A DNA stretch of 32,000 nucleotides, taken from NCBI GenBank assembly GCA_030649345.1, contig JAUSKK010000040.1, positions 5,545-37,544 of the forward strand. Reading direction: 5' to 3'. The stretch is from Candidatus Iainarchaeum sp. Its GTDB lineage: Archaea > Iainarchaeota > Iainarchaeia > Iainarchaeales > 0-14-0-20-34-12. The translations under genes were made by a program, and so were the position numbers. The notes beneath the pieces were generated by a model. That model saw only the letters and a list, made by a program, of their open reading frames with translations. It was not told the DNA's origin and searched no databases. Every line of letters begins with the position of its first letter. The stretch's first letter is position 1. Shown here piece by piece: positions 24,949-32,000 of the stretch.

Positions 24949-25014
24949 TAAATGTGTTGACTGAATAAAAAGCTTTGCTTGATATATTGAATTAAGAAGT
25001 AGTCAACACATTTA
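24949..25014. repeat. 14-nt perfect inverted repeat with a 38-nt spacer
   Basis: TAAATGTGTTGACT (24949..24962) and AGTCAACACATTTA (25001..25014). The repeat lies between the lrp stop and the start of the PPC-like gene. Confidence 0.6.
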
Positions 25015-25053
25015 AAGCGCTATTTCCTTTTTAACTTTATTCAAAGCCTTGGT

Positions 25054-25506
25054 TTAAGGCTTGGCTACATCTTCTTTTAAAGACCTTAAAATAATCTGGG
25101 TTTCAGTATCTTCGATAAAGTCGTAGCTTTGAATTTTTTTCAAAAAAGAATCTAAGCCAGACCTGTTTTTGAATTTAGCAATCAATATTGCATCAATGGT
25201 TCCAGTGACATCGTAGACTGCCTGTACATTGGGTATTTTTGCAATTTTTTCTTCTACTTGCACTAGTTTTCCTTTGGCAATTTTTAAGTGAATAATGGCT
25301 TGCAATTCAAATCCAAGCTTTTCATAGTCTAATAAAACAGTGTATTTGCGAATAATGCCTTGTTTTTCCATTTTTCCGATTCTAGTCAATACTGTATTGG
25401 TGCTTAAGCCAAGCTTTTTGGCTAAAGCTCTAAAGGAAAGCCGGCTGTTCTCGGTTAATTCATTCAAAATCAATAAATCTGTTTTATCCAATTCCATTGT
25501 ATGCAT
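25054..25506 (-). CDS. lrp: Lrp/AsnC-family transcriptional regulator
   Basis: [55 protein letters not shown] plus a RAM/ACT-like C-terminal domain. An alternative ATG is at 25497. It is divergent from glnA. Confidence 0.88.
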   Translation of the reverse strand: MHTMELDKTDLLILNELTENSRLSFRALAKKLGLSTNTVLTRIGKMEKQGIIRKYTVLLDYEKLGFELQAIIHLKIAKGKLVQVEEKIAKIPNVQAVYDVTGTIDAILIAKFKNRSGLDSFLKKIQSYDFIEDTETQIILRSLKEDVAKP

Positions 25507-25544
25507 AGCAACACTTGTTCAATTTTATCCAATAATAGTAACTT

Positions 25545-25586
25545 TTTTGAACATTTGTCTTTTAAATCGATTTATTTTGAACATTT
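25545..25586. promoter_or_regulatory. Direct repeat TTTTGAACATTT x2 in the lrp/glnA divergent intergenic region
   Basis: Identical 12-mers at 25545..25556 and 25575..25586, with a 30-nt period. Confidence 0.4.
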
Positions 25587-25671
25587 TTGCAATTTTTTCT
25601 TCATAATGTTTATATCTTTATTTTTCGTTTCTTTAATTATTGTTATTTTAGGGAATTTTTTGGGTGATGGT

Positions 25672-27108
25672 ATGGGTGCTTTGGAAGTTTTAGAATCTAT
25701 CAAACGTTGTGGTTTGAATATGGTGGATTTAAAGTTTGTGGACTTATTGGGGCAATGGCAGCATTTTACTATTCCTATTTCAGAAATTGATGAAGATAGT
25801 TTGCGTGCTGGGTTTGGTTTTGATGGCTCAAGTCTTCGAGGTTTTCAAAAAATTCATGAAAGTGACATGATTTTAATTCCAGATTTAAGTACTTCTTTTA
25901 TTGATCCGTTTTCGAACAAAACTCTTTCTTTAATTGGAGATATTCGAGATCCTGTGAAAAATTCGTTTTATTCTAGAGACCCAAGATATATTTCGAAGAA
26001 AGCTGAACAGTATTTGCTGGAAAAAGGAATTGCGGATGTAAGTTATTGGGGCCCGGAAGCAGAATTTTTTATTTTTGATCATGTTCGTTTTAATCAAAGC
26101 ATGAATGAAGCTTTTTATCATATTGATTCTGAAGAAGGTTCTTGGAATTCAGGGCATGAAAAGCATTCTCCTGAAAATGGAGACTTAACTCGAAACTTAG
26201 GATATAAAGTTCGAAGCAAAGAAGGTTATTTTCCTGTAGCGCCCCATGATTCTTTGCAGAATATTCGAAACGATATTTGCACGACCTTAGAATCCTGTGG
26301 CATTCGTGTGGAATTTCACCACCATGAAGTTGCTACAGCTGGCCAGTGTGAAATTGATATGCGTTTTCAAAGTTTAACTAAAATGGCAGACCAAGTAATG
26401 ACTTACAAATATGTAGTGAAAAATATTGCACGAAAATACAATAAAACTGCAACTTTTATGCCGAAGCCTTTGTTTGGAGATAATGGTTCCGGAATGCATG
26501 TACACCAAAGTTTGTGGAAGAATGGAAAAAATTTATTTTATGATCCAGCTGGTTATGCTGGCTTGAGTGAAATGGGTTTGTATTATGTCGGAGGTTTGCT
26601 CAAACATGCACATGCTTTATGTGCTTTTATTGCTCCAACTACAAATTCGTATAAACGTTTGGCTCCAGGTTATGAAGCTCCAGTAAACTTAGCGTATGGT
26701 TCCAGAAATAGAAGTGCAGCCATTCGTATTCCAATGCTTTCAAAATCCGAGCAAGCTAAACGAATTGAATTTCGTATGCCAGATCCAACGTGTAATCCGT
26801 ATATTGGTTTTCCGGCTATGCTGATGGCTGGATTGGATGGAATTAAACACAAAATTCATCCAGGCGAACCCATTAGTGCAGATATTTATGAAATGTCTTC
26901 TGAAGAAGCTAAACATATTAAAAGTGCTCCAAGTTCTTTAAAGGAAGCAATTGATGCTTTGGAAGCAGATCATGATTTTTTGCTGGAAGGCAATGTGTTT
27001 ACGAAAGATGTTTTGGATACTTGGATTGATTGGAAAATCAACAAAGAATTGGATCCAATGCGTTTACGCCCACATCCTTATGAATTTCATTTATACTACG
27101 ACGCATAA
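25672..27108 (+). CDS. glnA: Glutamine synthetase, type I
   Basis: [38 protein letters not shown] and AAIRIP motifs. I prefer the start at ATG 25672 (MGALEVLE...), with GGTGAT upstream. The 57 codons the track adds upstream are low-complexity promoter sequence. Confidence 0.93.
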   Translation: MGALEVLESIKRCGLNMVDLKFVDLLGQWQHFTIPISEIDEDSLRAGFGFDGSSLRGFQKIHESDMILIPDLSTSFIDPFSNKTLSLIGDIRDPVKNSFYSRDPRYISKKAEQYLLEKGIADVSYWGPEAEFFIFDHVRFNQSMNEAFYHIDSEEGSWNSGHEKHSPENGDLTRNLGYKVRSKEGYFPVAPHDSLQNIRNDICTTLESCGIRVEFHHHEVATAGQCEIDMRFQSLTKMADQVMTYKYVVKNIARKYNKTATFMPKPLFGDNGSGMHVHQSLWKNGKNLFYDPAGYAGLSEMGLYYVGGLLKHAHALCAFIAPTTNSYKRLAPGYEAPVNLAYGSRNRSAAIRIPMLSKSEQAKRIEFRMPDPTCNPYIGFPAMLMAGLDGIKHKIHPGEPISADIYEMSSEEAKHIKSAPSSLKEAIDALEADHDFLLEGNVFTKDVLDTWIDWKINKELDPMRLRPHPYEFHLYYDA

Positions 27109-27131
27109 TTATGCGTCTGTTTTCTTTTTTA
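27100..27131 (+). terminator. Hairpin plus T-tract at the glnA stop
   Basis: GACGCATAATTATGCGTC (27100..27118) is a perfect palindrome that contains the TAA stop. It is followed by tgttttctttttt. Confidence 0.6.
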
Positions 27132-27437
27132 TTGAATATCAAATTTTTCAACCCAAGTATTCATGTACTTAAAGCATTTGATTAATTCTTTTCCTTTTTG
27201 GGTTAATGTGTATTCTACTCTGGGCGGAATTTCTTTGAATTCTTTTCGTTGAACAAATCCTTGTTTTTCCATTTCTTTCAATCGCTTGCTTAAAGTCCTA
27301 GGGCTGATGGGTTTCATATTGGTTAAAAGTTCTGTAAATCTATTTTTGGATTTTTCGTTCAATTCGCGCAATATGTGTAAAGACCATTTTTTTCCAAAAT
27401 GATTTAATGTTTTAGTAATTGGGCACAATTTGTCCAT
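27129..27437 (-). CDS. HxlR-family winged-helix regulator
   Basis: CPITKTLNHFGKKWSLHILREL....RFTELL.....ISPRTLSKRLKEMEKQGFVQRKEFKEIPPRVEYTLTQKGKEL matches the HxlR consensus throughout. Confidence 0.88.
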   Translation of the reverse strand: MDKLCPITKTLNHFGKKWSLHILRELNEKSKNRFTELLTNMKPISPRTLSKRLKEMEKQGFVQRKEFKEIPPRVEYTLTQKGKELIKCFKYMNTWVEKFDIQ

Positions 27438-27507
27438 AGCAGTTCACTTTCCGTTAAGTTATCATTAAACTATCTTTTTTGTAACTAATTTGTTTTTAAT
27501 ATCGTTT

Positions 27508-27536
27508 ACTATACTTTTTATAGTTACAATACTATA
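27508..27536. promoter_or_regulatory. ACTATA/TATAGT inverted-repeat triplet in the hxlR/CDGSH divergent promoter
   Basis: ACTATA (27508..27513), TATAGT (27519..27524) and ACTATA (27531..27536). The sequence is AT-rich, so the chance of random occurrence is not negligible. Confidence 0.3.
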
Positions 27537-27575
27537 TTATGTAAAGTATTATAATTATTTAGTTGGAGGTTTAAT

Positions 27576-27770
27576 ATGTCTAGATTGATTGCACAAAATG
27601 AACAAGGCCCTTTAGAGTTAAAGCCTAGTGCTGAAAGCCGTTGGCTGTGCCGGTGCGGTTTAAGCAAAAATCAAGTGTTTTGCGATGGTTCTCATAAGAA
27701 AACATTGGATGAAGATCCAAGTAAAACGTATGAATATGCTGAAGATGGTTCTCGAAAAGAAATCATTTAA
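27576..27770 (+). CDS. CDGSH-type iron-sulfur domain protein (single domain, 64 aa)
   Basis: CRCGLSKNQVFCDGSH fits C-x-C-x2-S-x3-(P)-x-C-D-G-S-H, with Val in place of the usual Pro. GGAGGT RBS upstream. Confidence 0.8.
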   Translation: MSRLIAQNEQGPLELKPSAESRWLCRCGLSKNQVFCDGSHKKTLDEDPSKTYEYAEDGSRKEII

Positions 27771-27931
27771 CGTGATTCTTTTCCTTTTTTATTTTTTCAA
27801 TTAAACTTAGATTAATTTGTGCGTATTTTTTGCCTTCTTTTCCATTGTTTAAATGGGCGTTTTTTTCATCCAAGTTACCTTTTTAAATCTATAATTTCTA
27901 TTATTATAATTCTTTTTATGGTGTTCATTTA

Positions 27932-29182
27932 ATGGTGTACGGTCAAGAATCAAATTCGTTTGATGTAATTGTGGTCGGCGGCGGTCCCGGAGGCTCAACA
28001 ACTGCAAGCTTTTTGGCAGACAAATACAATAAACGTGTTTTGTTATTGGAAAAAGAAACATTCCCTAGAGACAAAACTTGCGGAGATGCCATTTCCGGAA
28101 AATCCATGAGTGTTTTGGCTGATTTGGGAATTCAAGACAAAATTGAAAAAGTAAAACATTTGAAATCGTACGGTGTAATTTTAAGTTCTCCAAAAGGAAC
28201 TATTTTAGACATTCCATTTAAATCCGATGATCCGGACAGACACAATTATGGGTATGTTTGTCCTAGACTAAATTTTGATAATATTGTATTCCAGCATGCC
28301 AAGTCTAGAAAAAATGTTACAACCATTGAAAAGTTTTCTGTTAGCGAAGTTTTGAAAGAAGGCGAACAAGTGGTTGGAGTGAAAGGAAAAAATTTAGTAA
28401 CTGGAAAAGAACAAGAATTTCGCGCAAAATTAGTTGTAGGCTCAGATGGTGCAACCAGTGTTGTGGCACGTTCTTTGAATTTAGAAAAAATAGAAGACAA
28501 ACATTGGGTGATTTCTTGCCGTGCATATTATGATGGAATTACTGGGATGAAGCCAGCGATTGAAATTCATTTTATTAAAAGTGTAATGCCTGGATATTTT
28601 TGGATTTTTCCAACCAGTACAACTGAAGCCAATGTAGGAATTGGAATGCTGGCCAGTGATATGAAAAAAAATAAAGTAAATTTAGAAAAAGCAATGTATG
28701 CTGCTATTGAAAACGAACCTTTGTTTAAAGAAAGATTCAAGAATGCCAAAATAGTTTCTCCGGTGAAAGGCTGGAATTTGCCTTTGGGTTCCAAAATTAG
28801 AACTTGTGCCGGCAATGGTTTTTTGTTGGTGGGTGATGCTGCTTGTTTAATTGATCCTTTTTCCGGAGAAGGAATTGGAAACGCTATGTATTCTGGCAGA
28901 CTGGCTGCGCAAGTCATTCATGAAGCTTTTGAAAAAAACGATTTCACAATCAATCATTTGAAGACTTATCAAAATACTTTGCATAAAGAATTAGATTACG
29001 AACTCAAAACTTCGTACTACTTACAGCGTTTGGGCACTGTTCAGTTTTTCTTAAATTGGGTAATTGCTAAAGCTGCTCGCTCTCAGAGTGTTCGCGATAC
29101 TTTATCTGGAATGTTGGCCAACACGAAAGCCAAAGGCGGCTTGGTGAATCCGTTGTTTTATTTGAAATTATTGTTTGCTTAA
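27932..29182 (+). CDS. Geranylgeranyl reductase family flavoprotein (archaeal lipid saturation type)
   Basis: FDVIVVGGGPGGSTTA FAD fold, RDKTCGDAIS, and GDAACLIDPFSGEGIGNAM, over 416 aa. Confidence 0.85.
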   Translation: MVYGQESNSFDVIVVGGGPGGSTTASFLADKYNKRVLLLEKETFPRDKTCGDAISGKSMSVLADLGIQDKIEKVKHLKSYGVILSSPKGTILDIPFKSDDPDRHNYGYVCPRLNFDNIVFQHAKSRKNVTTIEKFSVSEVLKEGEQVVGVKGKNLVTGKEQEFRAKLVVGSDGATSVVARSLNLEKIEDKHWVISCRAYYDGITGMKPAIEIHFIKSVMPGYFWIFPTSTTEANVGIGMLASDMKKNKVNLEKAMYAAIENEPLFKERFKNAKIVSPVKGWNLPLGSKIRTCAGNGFLLVGDAACLIDPFSGEGIGNAMYSGRLAAQVIHEAFEKNDFTINHLKTYQNTLHKELDYELKTSYYLQRLGTVQFFLNWVIAKAARSQSVRDTLSGMLANTKAKGGLVNPLFYLKLLFA

Positions 29183-29239
29183 AAGTTAGTGAATATTTAA
29201 ATAAGTGAACGTTAGTATGTAGTTGTAAGTGAACTATTT

Positions 29240-29818
29240 ATGGAACCTATTCTAGATGCAAAAAATTATTCACATGATCTAAATTGGTGGGGCGCTGGGG
29301 TAATGATTTTCCTGGTTTTGCTGTTTTTATTTGATGTATTCTTGTACGGTTTTCCGCCTCCGTTGATGGTTACTTTTGGATTCTGGTCTTTTTTCATAAT
29401 TGGTTTTATTTTTTTAAAATATTTTGGTGCACTTTTTCAAAGATCTATAAAAGTTTACAGTGAAGGAATTGAATTGCAGTCTAGGTTTGCTTTTTCTCCA
29501 AAATTTGTTCCTTTTTCAGAAATTTCTTTAATTTCTGTCTGTCAGTACTTTAATTTCGGCGGTGATGGCTTTGAATCTACTTTTGAAATTAAAACTTGTT
29601 CCGGGAAAACTGTTTCAAGTCCTGAAAATTTTAGAAATAGTTCTCCGAATGGTTTTTTTGAATTTGTTGAAAAACTTAAACCTGTTTTAATCAGTAAAGA
29701 TTTTTTAATAAAAGAAGAAACAGTTAAATACGGCGGTTTATTGGTTTCCGATGAAACTGCACGCCGAACAGGTCAAAAACCTTATTATTCTAAAATTGTG
29801 TTTGAACGAATAAATTAG
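29240..29818 (+). CDS. Membrane protein (two N-terminal TM helices) with a soluble C-terminal domain, unknown function
   Basis: WGAGVMIFLVLLFLFDVFLY and TFGFWSFFIIGFIFLKYF helices. The C-terminal domain (IKVYSEGIELQS...VPFSEISLI) is reminiscent of bacterial PH-like domains, but only weakly. Confidence 0.45.
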   Translation: MEPILDAKNYSHDLNWWGAGVMIFLVLLFLFDVFLYGFPPPLMVTFGFWSFFIIGFIFLKYFGALFQRSIKVYSEGIELQSRFAFSPKFVPFSEISLISVCQYFNFGGDGFESTFEIKTCSGKTVSSPENFRNSSPNGFFEFVEKLKPVLISKDFLIKEETVKYGGLLVSDETARRTGQKPYYSKIVFERIN

Positions 29819-29820
29819 TT

Positions 29821-30459
29821 TTAATTAAGTTGATTCAAAACATTGACTGTAAATTTTTCCATTTGAGTTGAGTTTTTGCTGCAAGATCCTCTTATGGACC
29901 CAGTAAACAGGTAACTGCCTTTAACTCCATAGTATCGGCTAATTTCAGTTCCTGGAATTTTTACTGAAAATCCTTTAATTAAACTGTCTGTAAATGGTTT
30001 AATTTCAAGGTCTTTACTTTCTTCTTTTGTTGCTCTTGCAATTGCTTTAGTTCCTTCTTCTTCTGTGTTATATTTTCCAATTACTATGCTTATGGAACTT
30101 CCAGTTTCAGAACGTAAAGTGGTTACACATGCTTTATTTTCGGAACCCAGTTCATAGCCAATGGATGCACTGCTTTCTCCGTTATCCAATCCTGTGCCAA
30201 CAATACTGATTTCTTCTTCGCAGGCTTCTGTGGCAATACTTGAAAGATTAATTCTTTGAGCTATTTCAGAACAATCAATATTCATTAATTGCATTAATTT
30301 TCCATCATCTTGTGTTATAGTTCCTGTAGTTTGATTGGTTTCTAGTGAATTGCTTTTATTGGTTTCAGTTGTTTCTGAATATTCCTTTTGTGCTTGTGTG
30401 CAGCCAGTGCTTAGGAATAAAATTAGCAAAATAAGTATTGGAATTAATTTTTTCTGCAC
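29821..30459 (-). CDS. Secreted lipobox protein, unknown function
   Basis: (GTG start) MQKKLIPILILLILFLSTGC lipobox, a T/N/E-rich linker, then a Cys-containing globular part. TTTATATA lies about 33 nt upstream. Confidence 0.65.
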   Translation of the reverse strand: MQKKLIPILILLILFLSTGCTQAQKEYSETTETNKSNSLETNQTTGTITQDDGKLMQLMNIDCSEIAQRINLSSIATEACEEEISIVGTGLDNGESSASIGYELGSENKACVTTLRSETGSSISIVIGKYNTEEEGTKAIARATKEESKDLEIKPFTDSLIKGFSVKIPGTEISRYYGVKGSYLFTGSIRGSCSKNSTQMEKFTVNVLNQLN

Positions 30460-30557
30460 AATATTAAACTAAAAGAAAGAACTAGTATATAAATTAGTTG
30501 AATTATTCTTTTGCATAAAAGTAAGATTTAATTAGTTCTCTTTTAATCATTTATTGT

Positions 30558-31418
30558 ATGCATAAACCTGTTTCAAAATGGTTCAAGCGTAAGCAAGCAA
30601 GGAAAGGAATTATTCGTTCTTTACGCGGAAAAAGAACTAAAGTACGTAGTCAATTGCGTGCTGATTTACTTCAAGCTCGTGCTCAAAAAGGTCATATTGG
30701 TAAACGGGTAGTTCCATATATTCATTTAGGGCAGGGTCGTTTTTCAGAATATTTGCATAAAGTTTCTCCGAATTTTTTAAATCTTTTAACGCAAGCGCTT
30801 GAACGCAAAGATCGTGTTCGTGTTTTGGATATTGGGCCGGGGAAAGCAAAATATGCTGGCACTATGCACGGAGATTTAAATGCTGCATTTATGTCGGAAG
30901 ATTCTCCAATTGATTGGCGTAGTCGTTTAGATTGGCATACTTTGAGTCCAGAACAAATTAATCCAAAATGGGTTCGCGGTGAGCCTGTAGGCAAATCACT
31001 TGAATTAACTGGCGGAACAATTGCTTTGCGATCTATTCATTCGAATCCAGAGCACTCTGATCGAATTACTCATCATGTGGCTGCTTTGGAAACAGCAAAT
31101 GTTCGCAGTTTGGGTAAATTTGATTTTGTTTTTTCCAGAATGGGTGCAATTAATTATTCGCGTCAACCTGTTGCTAGTATTGTGAAGGCCGCCCGAATGC
31201 TTTCTCCTGGAGGTCACGCTTGGTTTCAATATGTGGAAATTAATGCTTCAGGAAACAGTACGCTTCATAGTGTTGTTCCAAGAGTGAATTGGATGAATAA
31301 AACTAGAATTCAAAAAATTTTAGGCCCTAACTTTGAAGTTCATTTAACCAGTGATTTTGATATGGATCATCCAATGAAAGTGCAATTGCAATACGTGGAA
31401 ATTCGGAGAAAACGTTAG
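30558..31418 (+). CDS. Possible class I SAM-dependent methyltransferase with a highly basic N-terminal extension
   Basis: VRVLDIGPGKAKYAG (motif I-like), FDFVFSRMG and ARMLSPGGHAWF (post-motif elements). The first about 50 aa are K/R-rich. Arg is encoded mostly by CGN codons, a local impression I did not quantify. Confidence 0.4.
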   Translation: MHKPVSKWFKRKQARKGIIRSLRGKRTKVRSQLRADLLQARAQKGHIGKRVVPYIHLGQGRFSEYLHKVSPNFLNLLTQALERKDRVRVLDIGPGKAKYAGTMHGDLNAAFMSEDSPIDWRSRLDWHTLSPEQINPKWVRGEPVGKSLELTGGTIALRSIHSNPEHSDRITHHVAALETANVRSLGKFDFVFSRMGAINYSRQPVASIVKAARMLSPGGHAWFQYVEINASGNSTLHSVVPRVNWMNKTRIQKILGPNFEVHLTSDFDMDHPMKVQLQYVEIRRKR

Positions 31419-32000
31419 TTTTTTTTCTTAATTCGTTTTAATCTAAAAATATCTTCTCTTTCCATTTCTTCTAAGCGCATTTTAATGAATTTGAATTCTT
31501 TTTGCCGGCTGGGAATTACAATAAATTCTAAAGCATTGACTCTTCTTTTTGTTTTTTCAATTTCTCGTAACAATTTTTTTAAAGTTGTTTCAATTTCTGC
31601 TGCAACCAAAATATCTTGCAATAATTTTTCGTATCCTTCGGCTGTTTTGTCAATGAATGCAGATGTGCCAATTATTCCATAGCCTCTTTGGTCAAAGCTT
31701 TTCACTGTAAATTCTGCATTAATTTCCGGTACTTTAATTCCCATGACTGCTTTGGTTTCTACTGTAAATTCAGGTGTGGCCTGCACTGCTAAAGCTGCAC
31801 TATTGACTGCAATGGTTCCATCAATGGCTCTGGCTAAGTTAATGGCTTCCAAGGCTTTTCCGTAATTGTCTGCTAGTTTGGATTTGGATTCTTTGGCTTT
31901 TTCCAATACTTTGAAAAATTCTTGAATTAATCCATCGCGTTTTCGTTTCAATAAAGAGTGTCCGCCTTGAGCTAATTTGATTTGTTTTTTTAATTTAATT
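31415..32000 (-). CDS. atpD: A/V-type ATP synthase subunit D; N-terminus lies outside the window
   Basis: The frame is open to the window edge (...IKLKKQIKLAQGGHSLLKRKRDGLIQEF...). The C-terminal part VNALEFIVIP....I...LEEMEREDIFRLK is typical of subunit D. It overlaps the convergent gene by 4 nt. Confidence 0.85.
   Translation of the reverse strand, partial: IKLKKQIKLAQGGHSLLKRKRDGLIQEFFKVLEKAKESKSKLADNYGKALEAINLARAIDGTIAVNSAALAVQATPEFTVETKAVMGIKVPEINAEFTVKSFDQRGYGIIGTSAFIDKTAEGYEKLLQDILVAAEIETTLKKLLREIEKTKRRVNALEFIVIPSRQKEFKFIKMRLEEMEREDIFRLKRIKKKN

Noticed and set aside
25501-25671. 57-codon N-terminal extension of glutamine synthetase in the ORF track
   Set aside because: The extension is F/I/L/N-rich low-complexity sequence. 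It overlaps the divergent lrp start and the promoter. GS homology begins at MGALEVLE (ATG 25672), which has an RBS-like GGTGAT.
28246-28917. Three minus-strand ORFs (84, 61 and 116 aa)
   Set aside because: They are antisense to the geranylgeranyl reductase gene, which has clear FAD-binding and family motifs.
30637-31229. Minus-strand ORFs of 70, 90 and 74 aa
   Set aside because: They are antisense to the methyltransferase-like gene and have no motifs or start signals.
1-32000. Stop-codon reassignment or programmed recoding
   Set aside because: All recognisable genes (pyk, alaS, copA, glnA, GGR) read through at full expected length with standard TAA/TAG/TGA stops. I saw no in-frame stops in conserved regions.

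Overview
This is a visibly AT-rich, very tightly packed chromosomal segment. It reads as archaeal, most plausibly from a small-genome DPANN-type lineage. The supporting evidence is an archaeal-type alanyl-tRNA synthetase, A/V-type ATPase subunit D, a geranylgeranyl-reductase-family flavoprotein and an RNase P RNA. There is also an intron-containing tRNA, and A/T-rich TATA-like boxes sit about 25-35 nt upstream of many start codons. Housekeeping genes (pyk, alaS, lrp/glnA, arsR/copA, a class IV aminotransferase, a YbaK-like deacylase) are interspersed with secreted or lipobox proteins and accessory modules. The accessory modules are VapBC, Fic plus an HExxH protein, a free-standing LAGLIDADG endonuclease, an SLT lytic transglycosylase and a thioredoxin-repeat protein. 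Three RNA genes are missing from the ORF track: RNase P RNA (minus strand, about 2311..2740), tRNA-Leu(UAG) at 5811..5892, and an intron-containing tRNA at 8775..8897. I saw no CRISPR array, rRNA, transposase or integrase, or clear prophage. Nothing here is a demonstrably new system. The best candidates for follow-up are: (1) the LAGLIDADG ORF whose last 50 nt are the 5' part of tRNA-Leu; (2) the Fic/HExxH/mini-ORF module with a repeat-flanked promoter; (3) the tandem Cys-containing lipoproteins next to a membrane-anchored triple-CXXC thioredoxin-repeat protein; (4) an internally duplicated four-HTH protein; and (5) a 58-aa half-SWIB mini-protein. All functional calls rest on motif recognition by eye and need HMM or structure searches.
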